A DNA stretch of 64,000 bases. It comes from Syntrophomonadaceae bacterium. GTDB lineage: Bacteria; Bacillota; Syntrophomonadia; Syntrophomonadales; Syntrophomonadaceae. The notes under the pieces were generated by a model. The model worked only from the letters and a program-made list of their open reading frames with translations, did not search any database and had not been told where the DNA came from. Positions 26,110 to 35,222 of the stretch are shown piece by piece; position 1 is the stretch's first letter; each line of letters begins with the position of its first letter. Where the stretch lies: contig OY781889.1 in NCBI GenBank assembly GCA_963677185.1, forward strand, positions 2,249,510 through 2,313,509, in the 5' to 3' direction. The position numbers and the translations under genes were made by a program.

Positions 26110-27234
26110 TTACACTGCCAGTTGCAGCACCTCGTTGACAGCGGTCCAATCCTCGCGCAGTGATTCCGTACCCATCAGGGTTCCAATATGACCGCCTTCG
26201 GTCAATATCTCCACCACGTCTTCAGGAGGGGTAGAAACCAGGTTCTTAAGGGCAAAAGCCTGGGCTGGCGGAGTTATATGGTCTTTCTTGCCAGCCATGA
26301 TTATTACCGGGCAGGTGATGTTGCCCAGGTTAACCGGTTGTCCCAGCACTTCAAAGGCGCCTTTTTTTGTCAGATTGTTTTCTTTGAAAATATTTTTTAT
26401 TATATCGAGATAGAAGCGGCCGGGAATCATCTGTGTGTAGCCGTACCAGTCTTCAAAAAGGATAAATCGCTTGATAGCGTCTTCATCATGATTTTTCACC
26501 ATTTCCCACAGGCGGTAGTATTTACGGACGTAATGCTCTTCGCATTGCATATTTTTAAATCCGGTCAACAGATACTGGCCGTTCATCAGTCCGTTTCCCG
26601 TGGATACGAGGTACTCGAAAAAGGACATGGGCAGCTGGGCGTTGTCCACTATGGGTGATGGCGAGGCATGAACGTCAATCGGCGCAGCCGCGCTGACCAG
26701 GGTTGCAATCTTGTCAGGGAACAGCGAAGTGTACAAAGTAGCCTGCCAGCCCCCCTGGCATTGGCCAACGATATGGATCTTAAAAACGTCGTTCCGCTTG
26801 CGAATTGTTTCAACCGCTTCATCAGTCAGACGCAATATGTCGCTCATGGATAGATCCCTGTACTCATCGGTGGCTGAAACCCATTCGCAAACATAAACAT
26901 CGTATCCATACATATGGAATACTCTTACGAGACTCTGGGAAGGCGAGTAATCCGCCAGGCAGGAATGGTGGCCCGCCTGCGGGGGAAGAATTAAAACCGG
27001 CCTCTTGGCTTCGGAGACCCTTTTATTGGGGAAATGCCGGAGGCGCAGGGTTTGATGCTCATAAACAATGTTGTTTGGAGTTGCCCAGGAAACCTGTGGT
27101 GACTCAATCCGGGTCAGTATTTGGATATAACGTTCGACGTCCGGATTCTTTATCATGGGCGACCACCAGTGCATGCCGTAGTCCATAGCAGACCCGGTTA
27201 TGCTTGGCGGCTTTAAATATACCGTTGAAGCCAT
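26110..27234 (-). CDS. phaC: Poly(3-hydroxyalkanoate) synthase, class III/IV-type PhaC subunit (alpha/beta hydrolase).
   Basis: Lipase-box GQCQGG with the catalytic Cys. LFPDKIATLVSAAAPID and ITCPV...GGHIG align with Allochromatium PhaC (GICQGG, LHPDKVRNLVTMVTPVD, ITCPVL...GGHIG). Length is 374 aa. Confidence 0.7.
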   Translation of the reverse strand: MASTVYLKPPSITGSAMDYGMHWWSPMIKNPDVERYIQILTRIESPQVSWATPNNIVYEHQTLRLRHFPNKRVSEAKRPVLILPPQAGHHSCLADYSPSQSLVRVFHMYGYDVYVCEWVSATDEYRDLSMSDILRLTDEAVETIRKRNDVFKIHIVGQCQGGWQATLYTSLFPDKIATLVSAAAPIDVHASPSPIVDNAQLPMSFFEYLVSTGNGLMNGQYLLTGFKNMQCEEHYVRKYYRLWEMVKNHDEDAIKRFILFEDWYGYTQMIPGRFYLDIIKNIFKENNLTKKGAFEVLGQPVNLGNITCPVIIMAGKKDHITPPAQAFALKNLVSTPPEDVVEILTEGGHIGTLMGTESLREDWTAVNEVLQLAV

Positions 27235-27263
27235 CGTTTTTCCCCCTCTGTTCTGTTATAAAG

Positions 27264-29039
27264 CTATATAAACACGTTACCGGCCAGGATTTCATCGTAG
27301 ATTTGCCTGGTCAGTCTCATATACTGATCCTTGACCGTGTCGTAAAAATACATCGTATCCTTAATATTTTCGATATCCAGGCCCTGGTTCTGCAGTCTTT
27401 TCTTAACAGATTTCAACTCCGGCAGGGGAATGCTGGGATCCAGCATGCGAATAAAGCGGGGGCGGGCATGTTCTGGCATGCGGCGGATCATATATTGGCT
27501 GAAGTTGGTCCAGTCCAGTTTTTCGCCTTCAAGCATTTGAATCGCGGCCATGCCGCAGCGTCCTTCAAATCCAGGCAGCTTGAGGCTGAAAACCACGGCA
27601 TCGTCAATGCCGCCAAAAAATTTAACAATGACGTCGGCCACATTGCTGGCGGATACGGTTTTACCCTTCCAACGGTAGGTATCACCGAGGCGGTCAATGA
27701 ATCGAATGTAGTCGTTGTCATATAACTCGACCAGATCGCTGGTATTGAAATATTTGTCTCCGTCTTGGAATGCATTGCATATTATGCGTGTTTCGCTGGC
27801 ATCAGGGTCGTTGATATATCCTGGAAAATCATTAAGCCTGTTGATTTCAGCCATCAGCACCCCGGCGTCGCCAGGTTCGCATTTGATTAAATGTCCTGCG
27901 TTATCGGTCACCAGTTCCTCGCTTTCCGCGTCATAACAGGCGACTTCACCCTGGCGCATGCCACTGAAGGTAAGGTTGCCGCACATGCCCGGAACTTCGT
28001 CATAATTAACAAAGACGCCCACGCCTTCGGTGGTGCCGTATAGCTCAATTACATGGTCCAGGGCGAAGCGCTGCTTGAAAGGTTCAATCAGGTTGCCCCA
28101 CATGCCGTTGCAGGCCATGACTTTTAACGGATTGTCAGCATCATCTGGGTGACTGGGCTGCCTGATAAGATAGCGGGCCATTTCGCCGATACCCATCCAA
28201 AAATCAGCTTTATACTTGCGTACTTCTGACCAGAAGCGCGATACCGAAAACTTTCGGCGCAGCACCATGGTGCTGCCGGAAATAATCATGCCGGAAAAAC
28301 AAATATTGAAACCGGCGTTCATGTACAGGGGAACACAGACGTATTGAATGCTGGAAGGATTCATATAACTTTGCATGACTATTCGGAGACCCGCTCCCAG
28401 AAAACGCTTGTGAAATATGGGGACCGCCTTGCGGGACCCGGCTGTACCGGATGTGTACATGTATGCCAGCGTGTCATCAGTTGTGATGCTGCCGGTAGTG
28501 GCTGGATTATCTAATGGCTGGGCATCCAGCAAAGGTGTCAGGTGACTCATGCCTGGAGGCAGAGCAATATCAAGATTGTCGCCTTCCACCAGGATAGTTG
28601 CGGGTGAGCGAAGGCGGATTCGTTCCTGAATGGTATCGAACACGTCTAACAACTCGTGTCCGACGATTACTGCCCGGGCTTCGACAATATTAATCGCATA
28701 AGCCAGCACTTCACCGCGCAGACCGATGTGCAGCAGGGAGCATATCACTCCTATCTTGGCCATTCCGGCTACCGCGGCCAGGTATTCAGGTCGGTTGTCC
28801 ATAAGCAAAGCGACGACATCGCCCCGGACCAATCCCAGTGATGCAAAGTAATGAGCATACTGGTTAGCCTGGGAATTTAACTGTGCATAACTAATGCTCT
28901 CGGCATCATATAGTATAGCCGGCTTGTCCGGCTGTTCAGCAGCCCACTTCTCCAGGTAAGAGCCCAGGGAAAATTTCTGTGGTTCCTGCATGCTCACGAG
29001 TGTTTGCCGGTGGGGATTGTCAATTAGTCTGCCGTCCAC
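27264..29039 (-). CDS. AMP-dependent acyl-CoA synthetase, FATP / very-long-chain fatty-acid-CoA ligase family.
   Basis: AMP-binding motif YMYTSGTAGSRKAV. The N-terminus has SYAQLNSQANQYAHYFASLGL. Length and motif pattern match the FATP-type family. Confidence 0.8.
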   Translation of the reverse strand: MDGRLIDNPHRQTLVSMQEPQKFSLGSYLEKWAAEQPDKPAILYDAESISYAQLNSQANQYAHYFASLGLVRGDVVALLMDNRPEYLAAVAGMAKIGVICSLLHIGLRGEVLAYAINIVEARAVIVGHELLDVFDTIQERIRLRSPATILVEGDNLDIALPPGMSHLTPLLDAQPLDNPATTGSITTDDTLAYMYTSGTAGSRKAVPIFHKRFLGAGLRIVMQSYMNPSSIQYVCVPLYMNAGFNICFSGMIISGSTMVLRRKFSVSRFWSEVRKYKADFWMGIGEMARYLIRQPSHPDDADNPLKVMACNGMWGNLIEPFKQRFALDHVIELYGTTEGVGVFVNYDEVPGMCGNLTFSGMRQGEVACYDAESEELVTDNAGHLIKCEPGDAGVLMAEINRLNDFPGYINDPDASETRIICNAFQDGDKYFNTSDLVELYDNDYIRFIDRLGDTYRWKGKTVSASNVADVIVKFFGGIDDAVVFSLKLPGFEGRCGMAAIQMLEGEKLDWTNFSQYMIRRMPEHARPRFIRMLDPSIPLPELKSVKKRLQNQGLDIENIKDTMYFYDTVKDQYMRLTRQIYDEILAGNVFI

Positions 29040-29544
29040 GCCTCTACCCCCTCATTTACTTGCCGCAGTGGATTATCACGGCTAAATAAGCTATTGCATA
29101 CGCAAATAATTCGGCATTTTTAATTCGCCGTATTCTTCAAATACTGACGATTTAGCCGATTACCAAATTTATTATACTTGAGTGCCGCATTAATCGCAAT
29201 TTAATCCCGATACAGTACTTGATATTTTTGTAACCCATTCTTTCAGCATTTGGTGTTTACATATTCCCGAATTGATACAGTTTGTAAAATGCAGTCTGAA
29301 CAATGAAAAATAGGGATGATTATAAATTGTACTTTTTTAACATAAAACGGTAAAAATACCAGGAATGAGCGTGTGATGCAGAAAAAACTTGTTATTTTCA
29401 GTGGATTGAAGTATAGTAATAAAGGTTAATGTGTGTTTGTGGATGACCGCCAGCCCCTTCTCGAATATCAGTTAGTTGCGAGGGGATTATTGCGAGATTT
29501 TAATCCCTTTTGCACGACCAAAGATATTTAGAGGAGGATTTTTT

Positions 29545-29856
29545 ATGTACTCAGACAAGACTCTCAACTGCAAACAGTGTGGTGTGGATTTCGTATTCAC
29601 AGCTTCAGAGCAGGAATTCTACGCGGAAAAGGGATTCACTAACGAACCCGGACGCTGCCCAGAATGCCGCGCGCAGAGGAAGGCAGAAAACAGATCTCGC
29701 AGTGGCGGCGGATTTAATCGTCCCGAGCGTCAGATGTTCCCGGCAGTATGCGCAGCCTGTGGCAAGGACACCATGGTTCCTTTCCAGCCCAGTGGCGATA
29801 AGCCCGTATATTGCAGAGACTGCTTCAAACCGCAGAATCGCAACAACAGCTGGTAA
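29545..29856 (+). CDS. Small zinc-ribbon protein (CxxC / CPEC / CxxC / CRDC).
   Basis: The ATG lies 7 nt after AGGAGG. Four Cys pairs. A strong terminator follows. Confidence 0.55.
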   Translation: MYSDKTLNCKQCGVDFVFTASEQEFYAEKGFTNEPGRCPECRAQRKAENRSRSGGGFNRPERQMFPAVCAACGKDTMVPFQPSGDKPVYCRDCFKPQNRNNSW

Positions 29857-29875
29857 ACAGCCGACAAAAGGCCCT

Positions 29876-29910
29876 GACGCAAGTCAGGGCCTTTTTTTTT
29901 TACCCCAGAC
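29876..29910 (+). terminator. Rho-independent terminator (GGCCCTGAC-GCAA-GTCAGGGCC followed by T10).
   Basis: Perfect 9-bp stem, GNRA tetraloop, and a ten-T tail. Confidence 0.8.
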
Positions 29911-29960
29911 CGATGCGGAAAGCGCATTTTGTTGCCATTTTACAAGAGATGAAAGCTGAA

Positions 29961-29984
29961 ACCCTGATGTAAGTCAGGGTTTTA
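29961..29984 (+). other. Second copy of the same hairpin (ACCCTGAT-GTAA-GTCAGGGT), 60 nt downstream of the terminator, with a weak U tail.
   Basis: The stem is near-identical to the terminator stem and also has a GNRA loop. Confidence 0.35.
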
Positions 29985-30061
29985 ATAATAAGATTTGATA
30001 TAATTAATCGTGACTCCCGACGCCAGCCAGGGGTCTATTCTTACAACAGGGAGGCATGAAC

Positions 30062-30793
30062 ATGGAATTACAGCAGTTGGTTGCAGCAATCAAGACCCGG
30101 TTGGAGGCAGAGGCTGATCCGGAACTGGCAGTCAAGTATTCGCGGTATTTCAAAGAAGGATATGACGCCTACGGTCTTGCTCAAGGCGTACTGAACGGGC
30201 TGGCCAGGGAATTGCTGGACCTGCATAAAAATGAGCTGGGCATGCTTGGATTTATGGAGCTGGGCGATTTGCTGATGCATGACGGCAAATACGAGGAAAT
30301 CATGCTGGCGATTATACTTATGGCCTCTTTCAAAAAGCAGTTTGATAAAAGCGTTTATGAACGGTGCGGCCACTGGCTGGATGATGGCATAGTCAACTGG
30401 GCTCATTCTGATGTTTTATGCGGCGAGGTTATGAAAATCCTCTGGCAGCAAGAAATCATTACCCTTGAAGATATTGCTAATTGGCGCAGTGCAGACAGCA
30501 AGTGGAAGCGACGGTCTGTTCCGGTGAGCATGCTTACATTACTGAAAAAGGAGCATAACATTTCTGAACTTTTGGATTGCATTGAACCATTGATGATGGA
30601 TGAGCAAAGGGTCGTGCATCAGGGGACCGGGTGGTTTTTAAGGGAAGCATGGAAACTTCATCCTAAAGAGCTGGAAGCCTTTCTTATGAAATGGAGGGAG
30701 ACAGCTCCACGTTTGGTCTATCAATATGCCACTGAAAAGATGTCCAAAGAAGAGCGGGAAAGATTTCGCCGGTCAAAAAAGAAAAAACAATAG
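30062..30793 (+). CDS. DNA alkylation repair enzyme (AlkC/AlkD-type HEAT-like repeat protein).
   Basis: DNA_alkylation family pattern (YSRYFKEGYDAYG...WAHSD...W). Start chosen 7 nt after GGGAGG. Confidence 0.7.
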   Translation: MELQQLVAAIKTRLEAEADPELAVKYSRYFKEGYDAYGLAQGVLNGLARELLDLHKNELGMLGFMELGDLLMHDGKYEEIMLAIILMASFKKQFDKSVYERCGHWLDDGIVNWAHSDVLCGEVMKILWQQEIITLEDIANWRSADSKWKRRSVPVSMLTLLKKEHNISELLDCIEPLMMDEQRVVHQGTGWFLREAWKLHPKELEAFLMKWRETAPRLVYQYATEKMSKEERERFRRSKKKKQ

Positions 30794-30907
30794 CGCTGGA
30801 GCGCTGCCATTTCACCAGATTGAGTCCTCTCGTTTCCAGGCAAATAATAAATGTAAGACTGGTAGAAAAACCGTGAGGAGGTTTTGAACCCTCCTCACAT
30901 GTAGAAT

Positions 30908-33094
30908 CTATTCAGGAAGCACCGGTTTTGCCTCAGGGGGATTGGCCAGCATTCGTGCCAGAAGCACGTTGATGAGCGAGCCGTTGTCGCCGCCAGCCAT
31001 GATATCCGGGGTTATTTTTACGCTGCCAGAAGAAATGAGCTTCATTATTTCGATTAAGGCCACCGATTCCGGGCCGATGGCTTCGCGGGTCAGGCGGTAT
31101 GCTTCGGAAGTAGCCTTCCCGATGGACAGGATTTTTTCGGCTTCGCCCTGTCCTTCCAGTTTCACCCTGTCGGAATTCCCTTCGGCTATGGTGATGGTTT
31201 TTATCTTGTCCTGCTCGGCTACTTTGACCCCGATTTCCGCAGCCACAATGTCCCCCTGCTTATTGGCCTGGGCGGTAGTCCGTTCCATGTCAATGCGCTT
31301 AATCTGGGCTTCTTTTTGCTGGGCGTACATGTCCTGCTGCTGGGCGGCGATGACCTTATTGGTCTGGGTTTCCATAAGGGCTTCGGGGATCTGGATTTGG
31401 CAGATGAGTACGCTTAATACATCGACATGGTATTTTTCCAGCTCATGCTGGACCTTTATCAGGGCCAGTTCCTGCTGCTCATGCCGGTCTTGCAGAAACT
31501 TCATGGCTTCCGTGGATGAGGCCTGGTTGCGGAAGCTGCTGTCTATCAGGGGATGAATGACGTTGGTGACCAGGTTGTCTATGCTGCCGATGCGGGCTAC
31601 CATGTACGGTGCCTGTTCTGGCTGCACCCGTATGACCACCTTGACCCCGACTTTTATAATGAAGCCATCCTTGGATGTGACGTTAAGGGGATTGAAACCG
31701 CCCTGGACTTCATCATCCCAGTCAATGGTAATATTAGTGGTTTTAACGATTATCGGCACATAAGCCCTCTTATTAAGAAAATATGTTCCGGGTCCGGCAA
31801 CATCCAGTTGAATGCCTCGATAACCGCGTCCTACCACATAAGATTCTACCCGATCCCCTGAAATATCGGCAGCGCCTACTGCAGCACTGCGATCGGGCTG
31901 CTGGCCGACATTGGAAATTATTACAGCTACTTCACCCTGGCTGACTACAGCGGCGGCATCCAGGTCTACCGTGAACATCATGGGATTGATATAGAAGGTT
32001 CCCGGAGGTAGTACATCCAGTTGCGGACCGCGCTGTCCGCGGTTGGATAGAAACGCTGCTCCGTTTTGATAGCTGTCGTGTCCTGGTACGGATGGTGCAA
32101 CTACTTCGGTCGAGGGCAGAGGCGCTCCGTCCCGGGCAGTTACCAGGCCAACCTGGCCTGAATTAATTATAATGGCAGGAGTCGGGGTAACCTGGAACAT
32201 CTGGATATTAATCCTGTATTTGCCAGGCTGCAGTATATCCAGCTGGGGTCCTTTCTGGCCGCCGTTGGCAATAAAGGCGGCTCCGTTCTGGAAGTTGTCA
32301 TGTTCAAGAACGGACTGGGCCAGCAAGCGGCCCGGATCCATAGGCGAGCCGTCCTGGGCGGTTATTATCCCGATAGTGCCCTGAGGAATAACGGTTATAG
32401 GCTGCAGGGTCACCCTGAACAGCTTGGTGTTAATGCGGTAAGTGCCCGGAGCGATGTAGTCGATCTGAGGCCCCTTCTGTCCGCCGTTGCGCAGAAAAAG
32501 CTCTGAATCCTGGAAGGCGTTGTGTCCTTCAACTGAAAAGGCAAAGATATGGCCAGCCAGCATAGTGGCGCCGTCCGTGGCTTCAACGAGGCCGATAGCG
32601 TCTTCCGGTATGCTAATTGATTTTACTACGGTGATATTAAACAAACGGGTGTTAATGCGGTAAGTTCCGGGAGGGACAACATCGACCTGAGGGCCCTTCT
32701 GCCCGTCATTTTGAAGGAAAGCTTCCCCGTCCTGAAAAAAGTTATGTCCGGTTACCGAGCGTCCAAATATGTGGCCTGCCCCGACAGGGCGGCCATCCAC
32801 TGATTCCACCAGCCCGATTCCGTCTTCGGGAATGACGATAAAGCTTTGCTTGGTAACCCTGTATAAATAAGGAAAAAACAGGTGAATGCCAGGCCCCAGC
32901 GTGGCCGCCTGCAGGCCGATTTCCCCCTTCTGGGCTATGACCCGGTCGGGAGGCAGCGGATGTCCAAAGTATTTGCGCTCAACCAGGCCGATTTGGCTGC
33001 CACCGATAACGACAATCATGTTGGAAGCCCAGGTAAGTATTACTATGATGACCACACCGAGTAGAATAGCTATACCAGCGATCAACCATCCCAT
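30908..33094 (-). CDS. SPFH/flotillin-family membrane protein with six N-terminal ~67-aa tandem repeats.
   Basis: N-terminal TM anchor (MGWLIAGIAILLGVVIIVILTW). Six repeats of the form GxGLVExxDGxxxxAGHIFxxSVxGHNxFQxGxxFLxNxGQKGPQxDxxxPGTYRIN. These are followed by an SPFH domain and a flotillin-type coiled-coil with EA-rich tail (AQQKEAQIKRIDMERTTAQANKQ). Start set at the ATG after GGAGG. Confidence 0.75.
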   Translation of the reverse strand: MGWLIAGIAILLGVVIIVILTWASNMIVVIGGSQIGLVERKYFGHPLPPDRVIAQKGEIGLQAATLGPGIHLFFPYLYRVTKQSFIVIPEDGIGLVESVDGRPVGAGHIFGRSVTGHNFFQDGEAFLQNDGQKGPQVDVVPPGTYRINTRLFNITVVKSISIPEDAIGLVEATDGATMLAGHIFAFSVEGHNAFQDSELFLRNGGQKGPQIDYIAPGTYRINTKLFRVTLQPITVIPQGTIGIITAQDGSPMDPGRLLAQSVLEHDNFQNGAAFIANGGQKGPQLDILQPGKYRINIQMFQVTPTPAIIINSGQVGLVTARDGAPLPSTEVVAPSVPGHDSYQNGAAFLSNRGQRGPQLDVLPPGTFYINPMMFTVDLDAAAVVSQGEVAVIISNVGQQPDRSAAVGAADISGDRVESYVVGRGYRGIQLDVAGPGTYFLNKRAYVPIIVKTTNITIDWDDEVQGGFNPLNVTSKDGFIIKVGVKVVIRVQPEQAPYMVARIGSIDNLVTNVIHPLIDSSFRNQASSTEAMKFLQDRHEQQELALIKVQHELEKYHVDVLSVLICQIQIPEALMETQTNKVIAAQQQDMYAQQKEAQIKRIDMERTTAQANKQGDIVAAEIGVKVAEQDKIKTITIAEGNSDRVKLEGQGEAEKILSIGKATSEAYRLTREAIGPESVALIEIMKLISSGSVKITPDIMAGGDNGSLINVLLARMLANPPEAKPVLPE

Positions 33095-33363
33095 GATGAC
33101 ACCTCCTTCAAAATAGTGTGTTAAAATAATAGAATAAGTGCAGAAAAGCGTGTAATGAGCAAGATTGCTTGAACGAATCATACCATAAAAAGGGAATGGA
33201 TGGAAGATGCAAACCCCGCCTCGGCCTTTTGCTTGACTGGGTAGAGTATCTGTGCTAACCTTTCTAAGGTTTTCCCGATTTTTTCAACCGCACGGGGAAG
33301 GTTCTTAAATGGCTAAAGGCCTGCCTTGGCTCCGGCGAGTCTAAAAGATATGGAGGAAGAAAG

Positions 33364-33699
33364 ATGTACGCAATAGTGGAAACCGGCGGCAAACAATACA
33401 AGCTTGCCGAAGGCGACGTCGTCAAAGTGGAGCTTATCAAGGGCGAGGTCGGCGAACAGGTGAATCTGGACAGGGTTCTCCTGGTAAAGAGCTCTGAAGA
33501 CAACATTCAGGTAGGGAGTCCGGTAGTAGCGGGCGCCACTGTGGCCGTAAAGATTCTGGAACACGGCCGGCACAAAAAAATCCTGGTAATGAAGTACAAA
33601 AAACGCAAGGATTACCGGCGCAAGAACGGGCATCGGCAGTGCTATACACAGATTCGGGTAGAGAAGATTTCGGCTCCCGGTGTAAGCATTTCCAAGTAA
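33364..33699 (+). CDS. rplU: 50S ribosomal protein L21.
   Basis: MYAIVETGGKQYKLAEGD... canonical bL21. Confidence 0.9.
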   Translation: MYAIVETGGKQYKLAEGDVVKVELIKGEVGEQVNLDRVLLVKSSEDNIQVGSPVVAGATVAVKILEHGRHKKILVMKYKKRKDYRRKNGHRQCYTQIRVEKISAPGVSISK

Positions 33700-33704
33700 C
33701 AGCC

Positions 33705-34037
33705 ATGATTGAGATTTCTGTATTCCGGACAGGCCAGCAGATAGAGGGATTCAAGATCAGCGGGCATTCCCGTCTGGCGAGGAAAGGCGAGGACATCTGC
33801 TGCGCCGCGGTTTCAGCCGTCAGCCAGACCGCCCTTGCGGGCTTATTGATGCAACTGGACAGCAAACCGGAGTATGAAATAAAAGAAGGCTGGCTGGAAG
33901 TCCATTTGAAGGATTTCAGCAGCGCAACAGACCTCGACAAAGCCCAGATAATAATGTCGACTATGGAAGCCGGGCTTCGCATGATAGCGGATGAATATTC
34001 CCGGGCAGTCAGAATGAAAGATGAGCATGCTTCATAG
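33705..34037 (+). CDS. prp: Ribosomal-processing cysteine protease Prp (YsxB family).
   Basis: GHSRLARKGEDICCAAVSAV (Cys-His dyad region). Lies between rplU and rpmA. Confidence 0.8.
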   Translation: MIEISVFRTGQQIEGFKISGHSRLARKGEDICCAAVSAVSQTALAGLLMQLDSKPEYEIKEGWLEVHLKDFSSATDLDKAQIIMSTMEAGLRMIADEYSRAVRMKDEHAS

Positions 34038-34103
34038 AAAGCTCATTGGATAAGACGGTTGGAAAAGACCACGAATAGATTGTCAAGCAGGAGGAGCGGA
34101 ATT

Positions 34104-34400
34104 ATGTTCAAGCTAGATCTTCAATTATTTGCACATAAAAAGGGTGTCGGCAGTTCGAAAAATGGCCGCGACAGTAAATCGAAGCGCCTGGGAGTCAAAC
34201 GGTCGGATGGACAGTTGATAAAGGCTGGCACCATTATTATTCGCCAGAGAGGCACCAAGATTCATCCAGGAACCAATGTGATGAAGGGTAATGATGATAC
34301 CCTGTTTGCCACTGTTGACGGACAGGTGAGATTCGAACGCAAAGACAAGACCCGCAAGAAAGTCAGCGTTTATCCGGTACTGGAGAAAGCCACGATTTAG
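34104..34400 (+). CDS. rpmA: 50S ribosomal protein L27, with the Prp-cleaved N-terminal extension.
   Basis: [10 protein letters not shown]|[14 protein letters not shown] matches Firmicutes bL27 with pro-peptide. Confidence 0.9.
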   Translation: MFKLDLQLFAHKKGVGSSKNGRDSKSKRLGVKRSDGQLIKAGTIIIRQRGTKIHPGTNVMKGNDDTLFATVDGQVRFERKDKTRKKVSVYPVLEKATI

Positions 34401-34506
34401 TTTCTGGTTTTTTTTAGTTCGACAGGTATTCAGGATTAATGCCGGGGCGGAAAGACTCTGCGGCGTGCAGGGAGACATCTGTCTGCGACAGGAAACCAGC
34501 TGCTAA

Positions 34507-34560
34507 CGAGGCTCAATGTCATTCTATCGTAAATGATGTTGAGCCTCTTTGTTTTGGTGT
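34507..34560 (+). terminator. Putative rho-independent terminator downstream of rpmA.
   Basis: 9-bp stem GAGGCTCAA/TTGAGCCTC followed by TTTGTTTTGG. Confidence 0.45.
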
Positions 34561-34765
34561 GCATTGCGGATCTTCAGGCTGGGCCCGGCGAACCTTTTTA
34601 AAGCGCGCTCTGGCTTTCGCGGAATAACAGGAATTATGTACCGGGAAATACCGCGAATTATAAAAGGATTCAGAGAATCATGACGAGAGCCCCTTTATCA
34701 CCCGGCCGGTATTTGATATGATGATAAGCAGCATTTACACATATTTCGTGTGGAGAGTGATTCAA

Positions 34766-35215
34766 ATGGACATGAAAGGCGCCTTAAAGCTGGTCAGAAG
34801 GATACGGCATGATTACGGAAACCACCTGCAGGTTATCAGTGGATATATCGACATGGATATGCCGGAAAAAGTCAAAGAATATATTCGGGTAATTGTCGAA
34901 CAAATGGAAGCTGAAAGGTCTGTATTCAGCCTGGTCGATGCAGAGACCGCAATGCACTTCTACTGGCAGGTGCTTAAAGCCATAGACACAGGGATTGTTT
35001 TGCGATATGATGACCTCGACCTCGAGAACAGCCAGTTGTTTATTGAAAATGATGAGCCTTTCCAGAGCCTGATTGAAGTATGCCGCGATATTGCCGACAA
35101 AGAAGAAGAGCCGGTAGTATTCTTATCGATTTTTGAGGACGCAGACGGCTATGATCTTCTATTCGGCTGCGAACGCTGGGGTGAAGAGGATAAAAAAGTA
35201 AGGTTAAACCGGTAG
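34766..35215 (+). CDS. Spo0B-like sporulation-initiation phosphotransferase.
   Basis: RHDYGNHLQVISGYIDM parallels B. subtilis Spo0B RHDWMNKLQLIKGNLSL (phospho-His). It sits between rpmA and obg as in Bacillus. Start placed at the ATG after GGAGAG. The tabulated ORF extends 48 nt upstream. Confidence 0.55.
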   Translation: MDMKGALKLVRRIRHDYGNHLQVISGYIDMDMPEKVKEYIRVIVEQMEAERSVFSLVDAETAMHFYWQVLKAIDTGIVLRYDDLDLENSQLFIENDEPFQSLIEVCRDIADKEEEPVVFLSIFEDADGYDLLFGCERWGEEDKKVRLNR

Positions 35216-35222
35216 TTATTAA

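Noticed and set aside
29040-29544. Sigma-54 (-24/-12) promoter for the ACS-phaC operon or the zinc-ribbon gene.
   Set aside because: GTGCC...TCGCAA-like matches are present, but with the wrong spacing and orientation for TGGCAC-N5-TTGCW.
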